Positions 8,957 through 18,816 of a DNA stretch of 64,000 bases are shown piece by piece. The position numbers and the translations under genes were made by a program. Source of the stretch: a virus. The stretch is taken from positions 9,093-73,092 of IMG/VR virus record IMGVR_UViG_3300049194_000052; one strand, given 5' to 3'. The notes beneath the pieces are model-generated. The model was not told where the DNA came from. It saw only the letters and a program-made list of their open reading frames with translations, and did no database searches. Position 1 is the first letter of the stretch, and each line of letters opens with the position of its first letter.

Positions 8957-10210
8957 ATGGCTTTCACCGGTTCCAGCTCGAATCGCGCGCAGCTCGCTTA
9001 CAAGGTCGAAGGTGCCTATCCCGCCAACTTCGGGGTGACGCCGGCCGGCAACGGCGCTCTGCTGAACATGACCGGTGAGACGCTGGACTTCCAGATCAAG
9101 ACGCTGACGTCGAAGGCCATCCGCGCTGACCGTCTGCCGACCGACGTGGTTCAGGTGAGCGCCACCGCAGCCGGCGGCTTCAACGCCGAGCACGTGTACA
9201 AGGAGTACGACCCGTTCATCGAACAGGCGCTCCAGAGCGACTTCGTGAAGTTCGGTACGGCCGGCGTTACCGCGGCAGTTGCCAGCCTGACGGCTGCCGC
9301 GACGACGCTGACCGCAGGCGCGGCCCCGACTGGCAACGATGCGTGGACCACGCTGAAGAAGGGTCAGTGGTTCGTGATCCAGCCGGCCGCAGGCGCGACG
9401 CAAGCCATGAAGGACTACCTGGCCGGCCGCGCGTTCCGCGTTTCGCCGACCACGGGTCCGACGGCCACCGTCATCACCCTGGACACCGCGACGCCGTTTG
9501 ACACCACGAAGGGCACGAACCTGAATGGTGCTGCGCTGGCGTCCGGCTATGCCTGGAACGGTGCGTCCATGAAGACCTTCTCATTGGAGGTCCAGCACCA
9601 GGACATCAGCCAGTACCGCCAGTTCACCGGCATGGCCGTGTCGAAGATGGACCTGAAGTTGACCGTGGGCGAGATCGTCTCGCTTGCGTTCGAGTTCATG
9701 GGCAAGGCATCGACGCTGGCGCAGGCCTCCATCGTCGGGTCGCCTGCTGCATCGCAGGCTTTCACGCCGGCCAACGCAACGCGCGGCATCTTCGACGTGT
9801 TCGAGGCTGGCGTGTCCATGTCGACGACCAGCTACATCAAGAGCGGCGAGATCAGCTTCGACAACACGCTGCGTGGTCAGGAAGCCGTCTCGGTCTTCGG
9901 CATGGCCGGCATCGGCGTCGGCACGCACAACATCACCGGGAAGATGGAGGTGTACTTCGCCGACGCCGTGATGTACACGAAGTTCCTCAACAACACGGCC
10001 TCCTCGCTGAGCATCCCGATCCTCGACATCAACGGCAACGGCTACGTCTACTACTTCCCCCGGATCAAGTATTCGGCCGGCAAGGTCAACGCCGCGGGTC
10101 AAGACCAGGACACGATGCTCTCGATGGACTGGATGGCCCTTCCCGAAGTCGACCCCACGAGTCCGTGGGTCAACAAGTCTGCCGTCATCTTCCGAGTTGG
10201 CGCCGCCTGA
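8957..10210 (+). CDS. Major tail tube protein
   Basis: Siphovirus tube signature (N-terminal S.R.QLAY.vE...G.TP, C-terminal ITGKMEVYF); AAGGA RBS. Confidence 0.85.
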   Translation: MAFTGSSSNRAQLAYKVEGAYPANFGVTPAGNGALLNMTGETLDFQIKTLTSKAIRADRLPTDVVQVSATAAGGFNAEHVYKEYDPFIEQALQSDFVKFGTAGVTAAVASLTAAATTLTAGAAPTGNDAWTTLKKGQWFVIQPAAGATQAMKDYLAGRAFRVSPTTGPTATVITLDTATPFDTTKGTNLNGAALASGYAWNGASMKTFSLEVQHQDISQYRQFTGMAVSKMDLKLTVGEIVSLAFEFMGKASTLAQASIVGSPAASQAFTPANATRGIFDVFEAGVSMSTTSYIKSGEISFDNTLRGQEAVSVFGMAGIGVGTHNITGKMEVYFADAVMYTKFLNNTASSLSIPILDINGNGYVYYFPRIKYSAGKVNAAGQDQDTMLSMDWMALPEVDPTSPWVNKSAVIFRVGAA

Positions 10211-10218
10211 GTCTGAGC

Positions 10219-10236
10219 CCGCGGCGTTCGCCGCGG
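10219..10236 (+). other. Stem-loop after the tail tube gene
   Basis: CCGCGGC-GTTC-GCCGCGG; no U-tract. Confidence 0.4.
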
Positions 10237-10266
10237 AATGACGAAACATCAAAATAGGAAATACTC

Positions 10267-10674
10267 ATGTCCGAACTTCTCGACATCTTTGCTGAATTCG
10301 CCACCGACGAGAACCTGGAGAACAACGGCACCTGGTTCCCGCTGGGCGGCAAGGCCCGCGTGTTGGTCGCCCGCAGCGGCAACCGCGCCTACGCCAAGTC
10401 GCTGTCGGCAGAGGTCAACGAGCACCAAGCGACCCTCGACCTGGACAACGAGGCCGCCGACACCCTGAGCGAGCAGATCATGGCTCGTGTGATGTCAAAG
10501 ACGATCCTGCTGGGCTTCGAGAACTTCGCCTTCAAGGGCAAGGCCATCAGCTACAGCCATGAGAACGCCGAGAAGCTGCTGATGGTCAAGGACTTCCGTC
10601 GCCAGATCGTGAAGTTCTCGGAGACCGTCAGTGCCTACAAGGCGAATCTGGAGGCGGCGCAGGGGGAAGCCTAA
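10267..10674 (+). CDS. Tail assembly chaperone (gpG-like)
   Basis: Between tube and tape measure; ends CAG GGG GAA GCC TAA. Confidence 0.85.
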   Translation: MSELLDIFAEFATDENLENNGTWFPLGGKARVLVARSGNRAYAKSLSAEVNEHQATLDLDNEAADTLSEQIMARVMSKTILLGFENFAFKGKAISYSHENAEKLLMVKDFRRQIVKFSETVSAYKANLEAAQGEA

Positions 10675-11009
10675 GGGCCTTCCTGGGGTGGCAGCTGAAG
10701 TGGGGTGGCAAACAGTTTGAGGCCCTCTTCAAACTTGTTCAGGAGGACACCGGCACCCCCCACCCAGCTGCCCTGAGGCGCCCCACGCTCAGGAGGGACT
10801 GCCTCAGGTACTACGAGGCCTATCGCCTTCTGGGCAGTTCGCGCCACTGGAACCAGGTCGGCCCCCAACCGATCCCCGTCTCGGAAATCCTCACGCTGGT
10901 CGCCCACGGCCTTGGCATCGACGACCACGAAACCCGCCAGAAATACGTGCGCCTGATCCAGCGAATGGACAGCGTGGAGATGGAGTTCCGTAGCAGGAAG
11001 AGCACATGA
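10662..11009 (+). CDS. gpT-like extension reached by -1 frameshift at G GGG GAA (gpGT = 10267-11009); absent from the ORF track
   Basis: The -1 frame is open from the slip site to TGA 11007-11009 (GSLRAFLGWQLKWGG...PIPVSEI...LIQRMD...), has no ATG start of its own, and its stop overlaps the tape measure ATG. Confidence 0.85.
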   Translation, partial: GGSLRAFLGWQLKWGGKQFEALFKLVQEDTGTPHPAALRRPTLRRDCLRYYEAYRLLGSSRHWNQVGPQPIPVSEILTLVAHGLGIDDHETRQKYVRLIQRMDSVEMEFRSRKST

Positions 11010-14000
11010 CGAATCAAGCCACCGCGAACCTCAGCGTAGGCATCAAGACCGAGAAAGCTCGGCAAGACCTCCTGGAGCTGAAGCGGTGGCTGCAGACCGA
11101 GATGCGCTCGGTCGTCGTCAGCATCGATCCGGCGTCTATCGATCGCTCCATCGCTGGCTATTTGAAGCAGCGCACGTTCAAGATCAGCGTCAACACCAAG
11201 GCGCTGAGCCAGGAGATCCAGAACGACGTTGGCATCGCGCTTGATCGCGCGATGGCCAAGCGCCGTGATCTGGCCTGGAACCAGGACGCCCTTCGTGGCG
11301 GCCTGAAGGCTGCCCTGGAGGGCACGTTCGGGCAGCGGCGCCGGGTCAACTTCGACGCAGGCACGCTGCGCGGCGAGCTGTCCCAGACGATGGCCACGGC
11401 CTTCGCCGACAACCACAAGGTCAACATCGACGGCGTGCATCTGCGCGCACAGGTACAGGCCGCCCTTGGTGGCGCCAACCTGCCCGTCGGTGTGTCTGGT
11501 TCCGCCGGCCATCCGGCGGCTCTTGGCCCGGCTGTGGCCGTGGCAATCTCGCAGGCCCTCACGCCGGCTGTGGACGAGCTGGCCAAGGCCGCCTCGGTGA
11601 TCGGCGGTGCCGCACGCTCAGGCAACCGCGCCGCACAGGCGGGTGAGGCCCGTGGGCGAGTCGGCAAGAGCTTCACCGGCGACGACGGCCGGCGGTTCTC
11701 CTGGAGCGCGTCCGTCGATCCCCAGGAAGCGGTTCACGCGGTGGACGAAGGTCTGCGTGAGCAGATGCGGTCCAAGCTTGCGACCGAAAGCTCCCGTGAG
11801 ACCTTTCGCGCCCGCATGGCGGCCCGGCGTTCCGAGGACGCTGCGGCCAAGGCTGCCGGCGCATTCGGCCCCGACCGCAGCGTCTACGACGCCCAGATCG
11901 CGGCGGAGCGGGTGGAGAAGCAAAGGTTCCAGACGGAGCTTGAGAGGATGCTGGCCGACAGCTCGCGCGAGACGCTTCGCGCCCGCCGGTTCTCCTGGCA
12001 GGCCGACCAGAAGGCCCAGAAGGAGGCAATGGCCTTTGGCCCGGATCGCAGCACCCTTGACGCACAGCTGGCGTCCGAGCGAAAGGCTCAGGCGGATTTC
12101 CAGACGGGCATGGCGCGCATTCAGCGCGAAAGCTCCCGTGAGACCTTTCGCGCCCGGCGGATCGCCCGAGCGGCGGAGGAGAAGGCGCAGAAGGAGGCTA
12201 TGTCCTTCGGCCCCGACCGGGGCGTCTTCGAGCAGCAACTCGCTGCCGAGCGCACCAGTCGCGACCAGTTCAACAACAGCCTGAGCCGCATCCTGGAGGA
12301 AAGCTCCTCCAAGACCTTCGCCGCCCGGCGTTCTGCTCGCCGCTACGAGGATCAGCGTCGCCGGCAGGAAATGCAGGAGGTGCTGAACACCGCCCGCTTC
12401 GAGGCCAGCGCCAACTACACCGCCCGTGGGGCCAAGATCGCGGGTGCCAAGGCGCTGATGGACCGCTTTGGTGGGACTGACCAGGGTCGCCGGCAGGTCG
12501 AGTCGTTCATCAACAACGGCGCGCTGGTGCGGTCCATCGGTGACCTCGACAAACACCGCAAGGAGGTAGAAAAGGTCACTGCATCGCACGTCAAGCTCTC
12601 CGGCGTGATGAACGAGGCGCACTCGGCCGCCCGAGGCCTGGCCGGCTCGATGGGGCAGATGTGGCTGACCTGGGGCAGCACCGTGCCGCTGGTGGCCGGT
12701 GCCGCCATCGGCGGTGCGCTGATGTCGACCCTGAAGACGGGCAAGGACCTGGAGTACCAACTCACTTTCGTCAAAGGCCTGACGGGCGAGGCGATGGTAT
12801 CCATCAACGAGCTTGGTGGGTCGATCAAGGGCTCGCTGGCCACACCGCTTGAGGCGGCGTCGGGCCTGCGTGCACTGGCGCAGAACGGCTTGAACACGTC
12901 CGAGGCGCTGCGGGCGCTCCCGACCGTGCTTAACCTTGCTGCTGTTGGTGAGATGGCGGTGGGCGAGGCGGCGCTGGGCGCCACCGGCGTGATGGCCGCC
13001 TTCAACCTGGAGGTGTCCGATCTCGGTCGTGTCAGCGACGTGTTCGCTAAGGCGGCGGCGATCTCGAACACGAGCGTCGGCGGCATGGTCGAGGCCATGA
13101 AGCAGGCCTCGACCGTGGGCGACAGCTACGGCGTCACGCTTGAGGAGACCGCTGCTGCGCTGTCCGTCCTGGCGAAGCGGAACATCGAAGGTTCGGCGGC
13201 AGGTACTGCCTTCCGCAACATGATGACGGAGCTGGCGAGCCCGACGAAGAAGGCTCGCGAGACGATGAAGACCCTCGGTATCGAGGTCTTCGACGCGAAC
13301 AACCAGTTGAAGTCGATGCCGCAGATGCTGGAAGCGCTGCGGATGGGGCTCGCTGGCCTGAACCAAGAAGGTCGGCTCAACGCACTGAAGTCGATCTTCG
13401 ACGAGCGCGGCGCCAAGGCCGCCAACGCAATGTTGAGCGACTTCGCCCACTTCGGCGAGAACCTGGACACCCTGAAGAACAAGGCGCAGGGTTTCACTGA
13501 CAGCATCGCTGGCCAACTGCAGGAGACGCTGGAAGGGAAGCTGAAGGGCACCCTCAGCGACTTTCAGCGCGTGTCGACCTCGGTGTTCTTTGAGACCTCA
13601 GACGGCCTCAAGAACCTCGCCGACGGGTTGCGCAGCTTCGTCAACAGCGATGAGCTGAAAGCCGGCCTGAAGGCCATCGCGGACGGGTTCGTGAGCCTGA
13701 CGCGGTTCGTCATGGAGAACGGCCAGACCATCCTCTGGACAGTCGGCGGCTGGGCTGCGTTCCGCGCTGGCATGGTCCTTGTGCCCGCGGTGCTCAGCGC
13801 GGTCGGCACGGGCCTCAACGCCGTTGCTGGTGGCCTGGCCATCACACGCGTCGGCCTGCTCGGCGTCGCAGGCGCCCTGACCGGCGGCCTTGCACTGGTG
13901 ACCGCCCTTGCCGCGGAGTACCTGCTGTTGGGCCGCAGCACCAACGAGACGCGGGAAGCCCTTGAGCAGTACGACCGCGCGATGCAGCGGCAGGTTGACA

Positions 14001-16090
14001 ACTCCGCTGAGCACCTTCAAAAGCTGCGTGACGAGAATGACGTCCTGGCTGTCAAGGTCAGGTTGCTGAAGGAGGGCAGGTCCCTCAAGGACGCCACCGA
14101 GGAGGCGGAGAAGGGGCGCCGCCCGGAGGGGCAGGACAAGCACCTGGAGGGCATCGCCAAGCTGCGGGCGAACATTGCTGACCGAACCACCAAGATCACG
14201 CAGATCGACTCCCTGACCCGCAATGGCAGCGACCGCGGCCAGGCGGTGCTGAACGCCCGTCGGGACCGCTTGGAGGAAGAGAACAAGCTGGATCTGGAGG
14301 CCATCAGAAAGGCGGAGGACAACTTCGCCCGGGACAGCGCGAAGCTGCGCCGCGATGCCGCCGACGCTCGGGCTGCGCAGTCGGAGAAGGAGATCCAGGA
14401 AGAGCGCGTCCGCCTTGAAAAGCGCCTGCGCGAGTACAACGACTCGGCGCAGTTGGCCAACACCAGTGGCAAGGCCAAGGCGAAGGTGCCGCTGCTCGAA
14501 ACCGAGACGGCCGCCGCGCTCGACAACCAGGGGCTGAAGAAGAAGCTCGAAGAGCTTGAGCAGAACAAGAACCGCACGCTCTCCGGCTTCACCGCACCCG
14601 AGCGCAAGCATGACCCGTTCAACCAGCACGTCACCGACACGCTCAAGCGCATCCGGGAAGAGCAGGCTGAGCTGAAGGAGTCCACCAACCACTGGGCACA
14701 GTACAACAAGGCCAAGTACAGCACGGAGATGTACGGCCCGGCTGTGGCCGATGAGATCCAACGCCTCACCGCGGAATCCGACATCGCCCAGGTGCTGACG
14801 CAGCAGGTGAGCCAGAAGGCCAAGCTGCAGGCGCTGCGCAGCGAGGCCAATGGGGATGTCGAGAAGACCCGCCACCTGGATTCAGAGATCCAGGGCCTGG
14901 AGGCGTCCAACCGCCTGCTGACCATCAAGCTGGACCACCTGCGCGAGATCAGCGCACTGGAAGCCGCGAACAAGCGCGATCGGGACGCAGCAGCGTTCGT
15001 CAAGAACGTCACCGGGTTCCAATCGGAAGTCGACAAGCAGATCGAGACCACCACCCGCAGCTACGACGTCAAGGTGCAGCGGCCCGAAGAGGCAGCGGCC
15101 ACCAAGGCTTCCGCCGCGGTGCGTGAATCGGCTCGCTCGCGCGAGCTTGAGCTGCTCGGGCGTTTGGAGCTGCTTGAGCAGGGCCGCGTCCGCCTTGCAC
15201 GGGACCGTGATGAGATCGAGGGCCGCCTGGCGACTGTCACGAGCGCCGCGCAAACCGACCAACTGCTTGAGCAGCTCTCCCTCAACACGGCGCTGCTGGA
15301 GGCCCAGGGCGCCGGTGAGTCCGTGCTGCAGCGACAGTTGGATCAGCTGCGTGCAATCACCAGTGAGCGTGCCAAGCAGGCTGCGGACAATGCACGGACT
15401 CAGAATCTCCGTTCCCAGACTGCCGAGTACGGCATGGAGAAGTTCTGGGAGAACTACACCTCCAGTGCGCAGAACGCCGCCCAGCAGGTCGAGTCTGTGA
15501 TGAAGACGACCATGGACGGTCTTGGCGGTGTCGTGGCCAATTTCGCCACGACTGGCAAGGGGCATTTCAAAGATTTCGCCCGCGGCGTTCTGATCGAGGT
15601 GACCAAGATGATGGCCAGCCGCGCCATGCTGCAGTTCGCGGCCATGCTTGCTTCGATGTGGGGTGGCAGTGCGTCTGGGGGCACAGCCGTCAACGGCAGT
15701 GCCGGCTCTGGGTATGGCGGCAGCACTGCGGCGCCGACGACCTTCGCAGCGAACGGTCATGTCATGACCAGCGAGGGGCCTCTGCAGCTCAGGAAGTACG
15801 CGAACGGTGGCATCGCCCGCACGCCGCAGCTCGCGGTCTACGGCGAAGGTCGCCTGCCAGAGGCCTACGTCCCACTGCCGGATGGCCGGACCATCCCCGT
15901 GACCATGTCTGGCGACGGGGGCGGTGGCCAGACCCAGGTCAACATGACCGTGAACGTCTACAGCGACGGGAAATCGTCGTCTGAAAGTGACGTTTCTGGA
16001 GAAAAGGCAGCTGAACTTGGTAGGATGCTTGACCAGGCGGTGACCGCAGTCATCGTCCGCGAACGCCGGCCCGGCGGACTCCTCTACTGA
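11006..16090 (+). CDS. Tape measure protein
   Basis: 1694 aa, helical, TP901-like core (AALGATGVMAAF...DVFAKAA..SNTSV...EAMK), lambda-H-like C-terminus (YANGG...YGEG.LPEAYVPL). Confidence 0.95.
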   Translation: MTNQATANLSVGIKTEKARQDLLELKRWLQTEMRSVVVSIDPASIDRSIAGYLKQRTFKISVNTKALSQEIQNDVGIALDRAMAKRRDLAWNQDALRGGLKAALEGTFGQRRRVNFDAGTLRGELSQTMATAFADNHKVNIDGVHLRAQVQAALGGANLPVGVSGSAGHPAALGPAVAVAISQALTPAVDELAKAASVIGGAARSGNRAAQAGEARGRVGKSFTGDDGRRFSWSASVDPQEAVHAVDEGLREQMRSKLATESSRETFRARMAARRSEDAAAKAAGAFGPDRSVYDAQIAAERVEKQRFQTELERMLADSSRETLRARRFSWQADQKAQKEAMAFGPDRSTLDAQLASERKAQADFQTGMARIQRESSRETFRARRIARAAEEKAQKEAMSFGPDRGVFEQQLAAERTSRDQFNNSLSRILEESSSKTFAARRSARRYEDQRRRQEMQEVLNTARFEASANYTARGAKIAGAKALMDRFGGTDQGRRQVESFINNGALVRSIGDLDKHRKEVEKVTASHVKLSGVMNEAHSAARGLAGSMGQMWLTWGSTVPLVAGAAIGGALMSTLKTGKDLEYQLTFVKGLTGEAMVSINELGGSIKGSLATPLEAASGLRALAQNGLNTSEALRALPTVLNLAAVGEMAVGEAALGATGVMAAFNLEVSDLGRVSDVFAKAAAISNTSVGGMVEAMKQASTVGDSYGVTLEETAAALSVLAKRNIEGSAAGTAFRNMMTELASPTKKARETMKTLGIEVFDANNQLKSMPQMLEALRMGLAGLNQEGRLNALKSIFDERGAKAANAMLSDFAHFGENLDTLKNKAQGFTDSIAGQLQETLEGKLKGTLSDFQRVSTSVFFETSDGLKNLADGLRSFVNSDELKAGLKAIADGFVSLTRFVMENGQTILWTVGGWAAFRAGMVLVPAVLSAVGTGLNAVAGGLAITRVGLLGVAGALTGGLALVTALAAEYLLLGRSTNETREALEQYDRAMQRQVDNSAEHLQKLRDENDVLAVKVRLLKEGRSLKDATEEAEKGRRPEGQDKHLEGIAKLRANIADRTTKITQIDSLTRNGSDRGQAVLNARRDRLEEENKLDLEAIRKAEDNFARDSAKLRRDAADARAAQSEKEIQEERVRLEKRLREYNDSAQLANTSGKAKAKVPLLETETAAALDNQGLKKKLEELEQNKNRTLSGFTAPERKHDPFNQHVTDTLKRIREEQAELKESTNHWAQYNKAKYSTEMYGPAVADEIQRLTAESDIAQVLTQQVSQKAKLQALRSEANGDVEKTRHLDSEIQGLEASNRLLTIKLDHLREISALEAANKRDRDAAAFVKNVTGFQSEVDKQIETTTRSYDVKVQRPEEAAATKASAAVRESARSRELELLGRLELLEQGRVRLARDRDEIEGRLATVTSAAQTDQLLEQLSLNTALLEAQGAGESVLQRQLDQLRAITSERAKQAADNARTQNLRSQTAEYGMEKFWENYTSSAQNAAQQVESVMKTTMDGLGGVVANFATTGKGHFKDFARGVLIEVTKMMASRAMLQFAAMLASMWGGSASGGTAVNGSAGSGYGGSTAAPTTFAANGHVMTSEGPLQLRKYANGGIARTPQLAVYGEGRLPEAYVPLPDGRTIPVTMSGDGGGGQTQVNMTVNVYSDGKSSSESDVSGEKAAELGRMLDQAVTAVIVRERRPGGLLY
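11785..12330 (+). repeat. About 3.3 tandem 57-aa (171-bp) repeats in the tape measure N-terminus
   Basis: ESSRETFRAR...FGPDR units; identical 30-mer CGAAAGCTCCCGTGAGACCTTTCGCGCCCG at 11785 and 12127 (342 bp apart). Confidence 0.9.
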
Positions 16091-16092
16091 TC

Positions 16093-16437
16093 ATGCCCAC
16101 ACCAGTATTCAACGTCGCCGCCCCAGACGCAGGTGCAACCAAGTCGGTTGAGCCAAGGGTCCTGGCGATCAAGTTCGGCGACGGCTATTCGCAGGAAATG
16201 GCGGACGGCATCAACAACATCGTCGAGACCTGGAGCATCTCGTTCAGCAACCGCACGCGGACCGTGATCCAGGCAGTTGACGACATGTTTGAGTCGTTGG
16301 GCGGGCACTCGCCGTTCCAGTGGACGACCCCTGAAGGCAAGACCAAGAAGTTCAAGTGTCCAAAGTGGTCGCCCTCCTACAACCATGACACGGACTGCTC
16401 GTTGAGCGCGACGTTCGTGCAGCACTACGGCCCATGA
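16093..16437 (+). CDS. Distal tail protein, lambda gpM-like
   Basis: KFGDGYSQ...GINN...W.isF, GG..PFQWTTP motifs. Confidence 0.9.
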   Translation: MPTPVFNVAAPDAGATKSVEPRVLAIKFGDGYSQEMADGINNIVETWSISFSNRTRTVIQAVDDMFESLGGHSPFQWTTPEGKTKKFKCPKWSPSYNHDTDCSLSATFVQHYGP

Positions 16438-17174
16438 GCATCAACGAGCGCCTCCAAATGCTCAGCCCCGGCGCACTGCTGGAGCTGATCGAGCTTGACC
16501 TGTCGCCCATCACCAAGACGAACTCGCCAAGCGACCACTTCTACTTCCACGCCGGCACGAACAAGCTGAACGGCCCAGTGGTGTGGCAGGGCAAGACGTA
16601 TCAGCCGCATCCGGTGCAGGCAGAGGGCTTCGATACGTCGACCAAGGGCACGTTACCCCGCCCGAAGCTGTCGGTGGCCAACGTCAACGGGATCATGACG
16701 GCGGCGAACACGGAACTAGACGACCTCGTCGGCGCCATCGTGATTCGGAGGCGGACCTTCTCCGAGTACCTCGACGCGGTGAATTTCGCCGATGGCAACC
16801 CCACCGCGGACCCCAACCAACACCTGCCTGACGACACCTACTTCGTCGAGCGGAAAATCACCAGCAACAACGTCGTCGTCGAGTACGAGCTGGCGTCTGC
16901 AATGGACCTCGAAGGGGTCAAGCTGCCGGGCCGATCCATCGTTGCCAACTACTGCCCCTGGCGGTATCGGGTTTACGCCGGGGCCGGCTTCGACTACAGC
17001 GAGGTCAGTGACTGCACCTACACGGGGAACCTCTACTTCACAGCCCAGGACGTGGGGACGGGTGATCCGAGTAAAGACGTGTGCTCCAAGACCCTGACTG
17101 CCTGCAAAGCCCGGTTCGGCTCCGCGACCCTGCCGTTCGGCGGCTTCCCCGCGGCGAAGGCCTACAAGCTGTGA
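16434..17174 (+). CDS. Tail tip protein, lambda gpL-like
   Basis: YQPHPVQAEGF...PRPKL.VAN; Cys motifs C.W.YR...C.Y...C.K....C..RF; FGGFP. Confidence 0.93.
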   Translation: MSINERLQMLSPGALLELIELDLSPITKTNSPSDHFYFHAGTNKLNGPVVWQGKTYQPHPVQAEGFDTSTKGTLPRPKLSVANVNGIMTAANTELDDLVGAIVIRRRTFSEYLDAVNFADGNPTADPNQHLPDDTYFVERKITSNNVVVEYELASAMDLEGVKLPGRSIVANYCPWRYRVYAGAGFDYSEVSDCTYTGNLYFTAQDVGTGDPSKDVCSKTLTACKARFGSATLPFGGFPAAKAYKL

Positions 17175-17887
17175 ACGGGCTCGTCGAGGAGATGCTCGCC
17201 CACGCAGGTGTTGAGCAGCCTCGCGAAGCCTGCGGCCTTGTCGTCGCACGTGGCACGAAGTTTCGAATCGTGCGAGCACGGAACCTGGCGGCCGACCCGA
17301 TCAACACGTTCGACCTTGACCCTGACGCATGGCTGCAGGTGGGCCACGACGAGGAAGTGATTGGCATCTACCACTCGCACCCAAGTGGCAACCCCGAGCC
17401 GAGCCTGTGCGACCTGAGCGGGTGCGAGGCAACCCAGCTTCCATGGCACATCGTTGGCTGTGGCACAGGCGCTTACCGGCGTATCGATCCAAGTGGCTTC
17501 CGTGCGCCGTACCTCCGGCGGCCCTACGTCTACGGTGTCCACGACTGCTGGGCTCTCGTCCGTGACTGGTACAGGTGGGAGTGGAACCTTGACATCCCCG
17601 ACTTCCACCGGGAGCCGGACTTCTGGCTGAGGGGGCAGAACCTGTTCCTGGACCACCTTGAGCAGGCCGGCTTTGTGGTCCAGACGGAGGGCGACGTCCA
17701 GGCGGGCGACGGCTTCCTGGTGCAGATGAGCAGTCCGGTGCCGAACCACGCTGTTGTCTACCTCGGGGACGGAACGATTCTTCACCACGTCAGAGGGCGA
17801 CTGTCCACGCGCGATCCGTGGGGAGGCTACTGGGCAAAGCACGCTAGCCACCGAGTAAGACATAAATCTAAAATAGGAGCTTCATGA
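17171..17887 (+). CDS. Tail tip assembly protein, lambda gpK-like (JAB/MPN + NlpC/P60)
   Basis: EACG...YHSHP...S..D and DCW.LVRD...H...Y.G...ILHH; GTG start overlapping the gpL stop. Confidence 0.93.
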   Translation: MNGLVEEMLAHAGVEQPREACGLVVARGTKFRIVRARNLAADPINTFDLDPDAWLQVGHDEEVIGIYHSHPSGNPEPSLCDLSGCEATQLPWHIVGCGTGAYRRIDPSGFRAPYLRRPYVYGVHDCWALVRDWYRWEWNLDIPDFHREPDFWLRGQNLFLDHLEQAGFVVQTEGDVQAGDGFLVQMSSPVPNHAVVYLGDGTILHHVRGRLSTRDPWGGYWAKHASHRVRHKSKIGAS

Positions 17888-18816
17888 TAGAAGTTCGACT
17901 CCACGGCGCCCTGGCAAAGGAATTCGGTCAGTGCTGGCACCTCGACATACGGACGCCTGCAGAGGCGGTCCGCGCCATCGAGTGCGCGCGGCGCGGGTTT
18001 CGTGATGCCATCCTGAAGCTCGACCAGTTGGGGCACGTGTTCCGTGTCCGAACGAAGGACCATGATTACGGCAACGAGGACATTGGTGCCACGCTCGGCT
18101 CGGTAAACCGCATCGACATCATCCCAATCGTGCGTGGCGCCTCTGCGGGCGTGCGCTTCGTCGTCGGCGCCATCATGGTGGTCGTCGGCTTGGCCACGTC
18201 GTGGCTCGGCGGTGCCGGCGTGCCGGTGGCATCAGCCGGCTTCGGCTTGATGGTCGGTTCGGTCGTTGAATGGTTGACACCCAAACCCAAGAGACCCGAC
18301 CCTGGGGCAGACGGTCTTCAGAGCTGGACCTTCTCCGGCCCCACCAGCACTGCCGACCAAGGTGTGCCCGTTCCGATCATCTACGGTGAGGTGTTGACCG
18401 GGGCCGTTGGCGTCAGTGTCGGTATCAGCGTTTCGGAGTCCGTCAACGGCTACAACTCCGCCGGCGTGGCGATTGGCGGCAACCTCGACCTGATCGGAGA
18501 GTGGCAGGACGGTGGGCTCCACACGCACGTCTTCACGCTGAGCGCCACAGTCGTCGGCGGTCGGTATCCCCTCAACTACCACTGGTCGTTCACTGGGTTC
18601 CCCGGTGCCGTTGCTGCTCGGTGGACCCAGCAGGATGCCGTCGCGAAGTTGGAGCTGGATTACGACGTCAATCCGGGTGCTGGCGTGCTGGACACCGGAC
18701 TGATCCAGGTCAGTGTCGAGGTCCAGGTGAGCTACGACGTCCCCTTCATCCCCGACGGGCTTGAAACCCTCACGACAAGCGCCGCGGCGACTGTCTGGAA
18801 CCGGGCACACATATGA
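17884..18816 (+). CDS. Tail tip protein, lambda gpI-like, with about 120-aa C-terminal extension
   Basis: VRLHG.L...FG...TPAEAVRA, IDIIP...GA, QG.PVPIIYG motifs. Confidence 0.88.
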   Translation: MIEVRLHGALAKEFGQCWHLDIRTPAEAVRAIECARRGFRDAILKLDQLGHVFRVRTKDHDYGNEDIGATLGSVNRIDIIPIVRGASAGVRFVVGAIMVVVGLATSWLGGAGVPVASAGFGLMVGSVVEWLTPKPKRPDPGADGLQSWTFSGPTSTADQGVPVPIIYGEVLTGAVGVSVGISVSESVNGYNSAGVAIGGNLDLIGEWQDGGLHTHVFTLSATVVGGRYPLNYHWSFTGFPGAVAARWTQQDAVAKLELDYDVNPGAGVLDTGLIQVSVEVQVSYDVPFIPDGLETLTTSAAATVWNRAHI

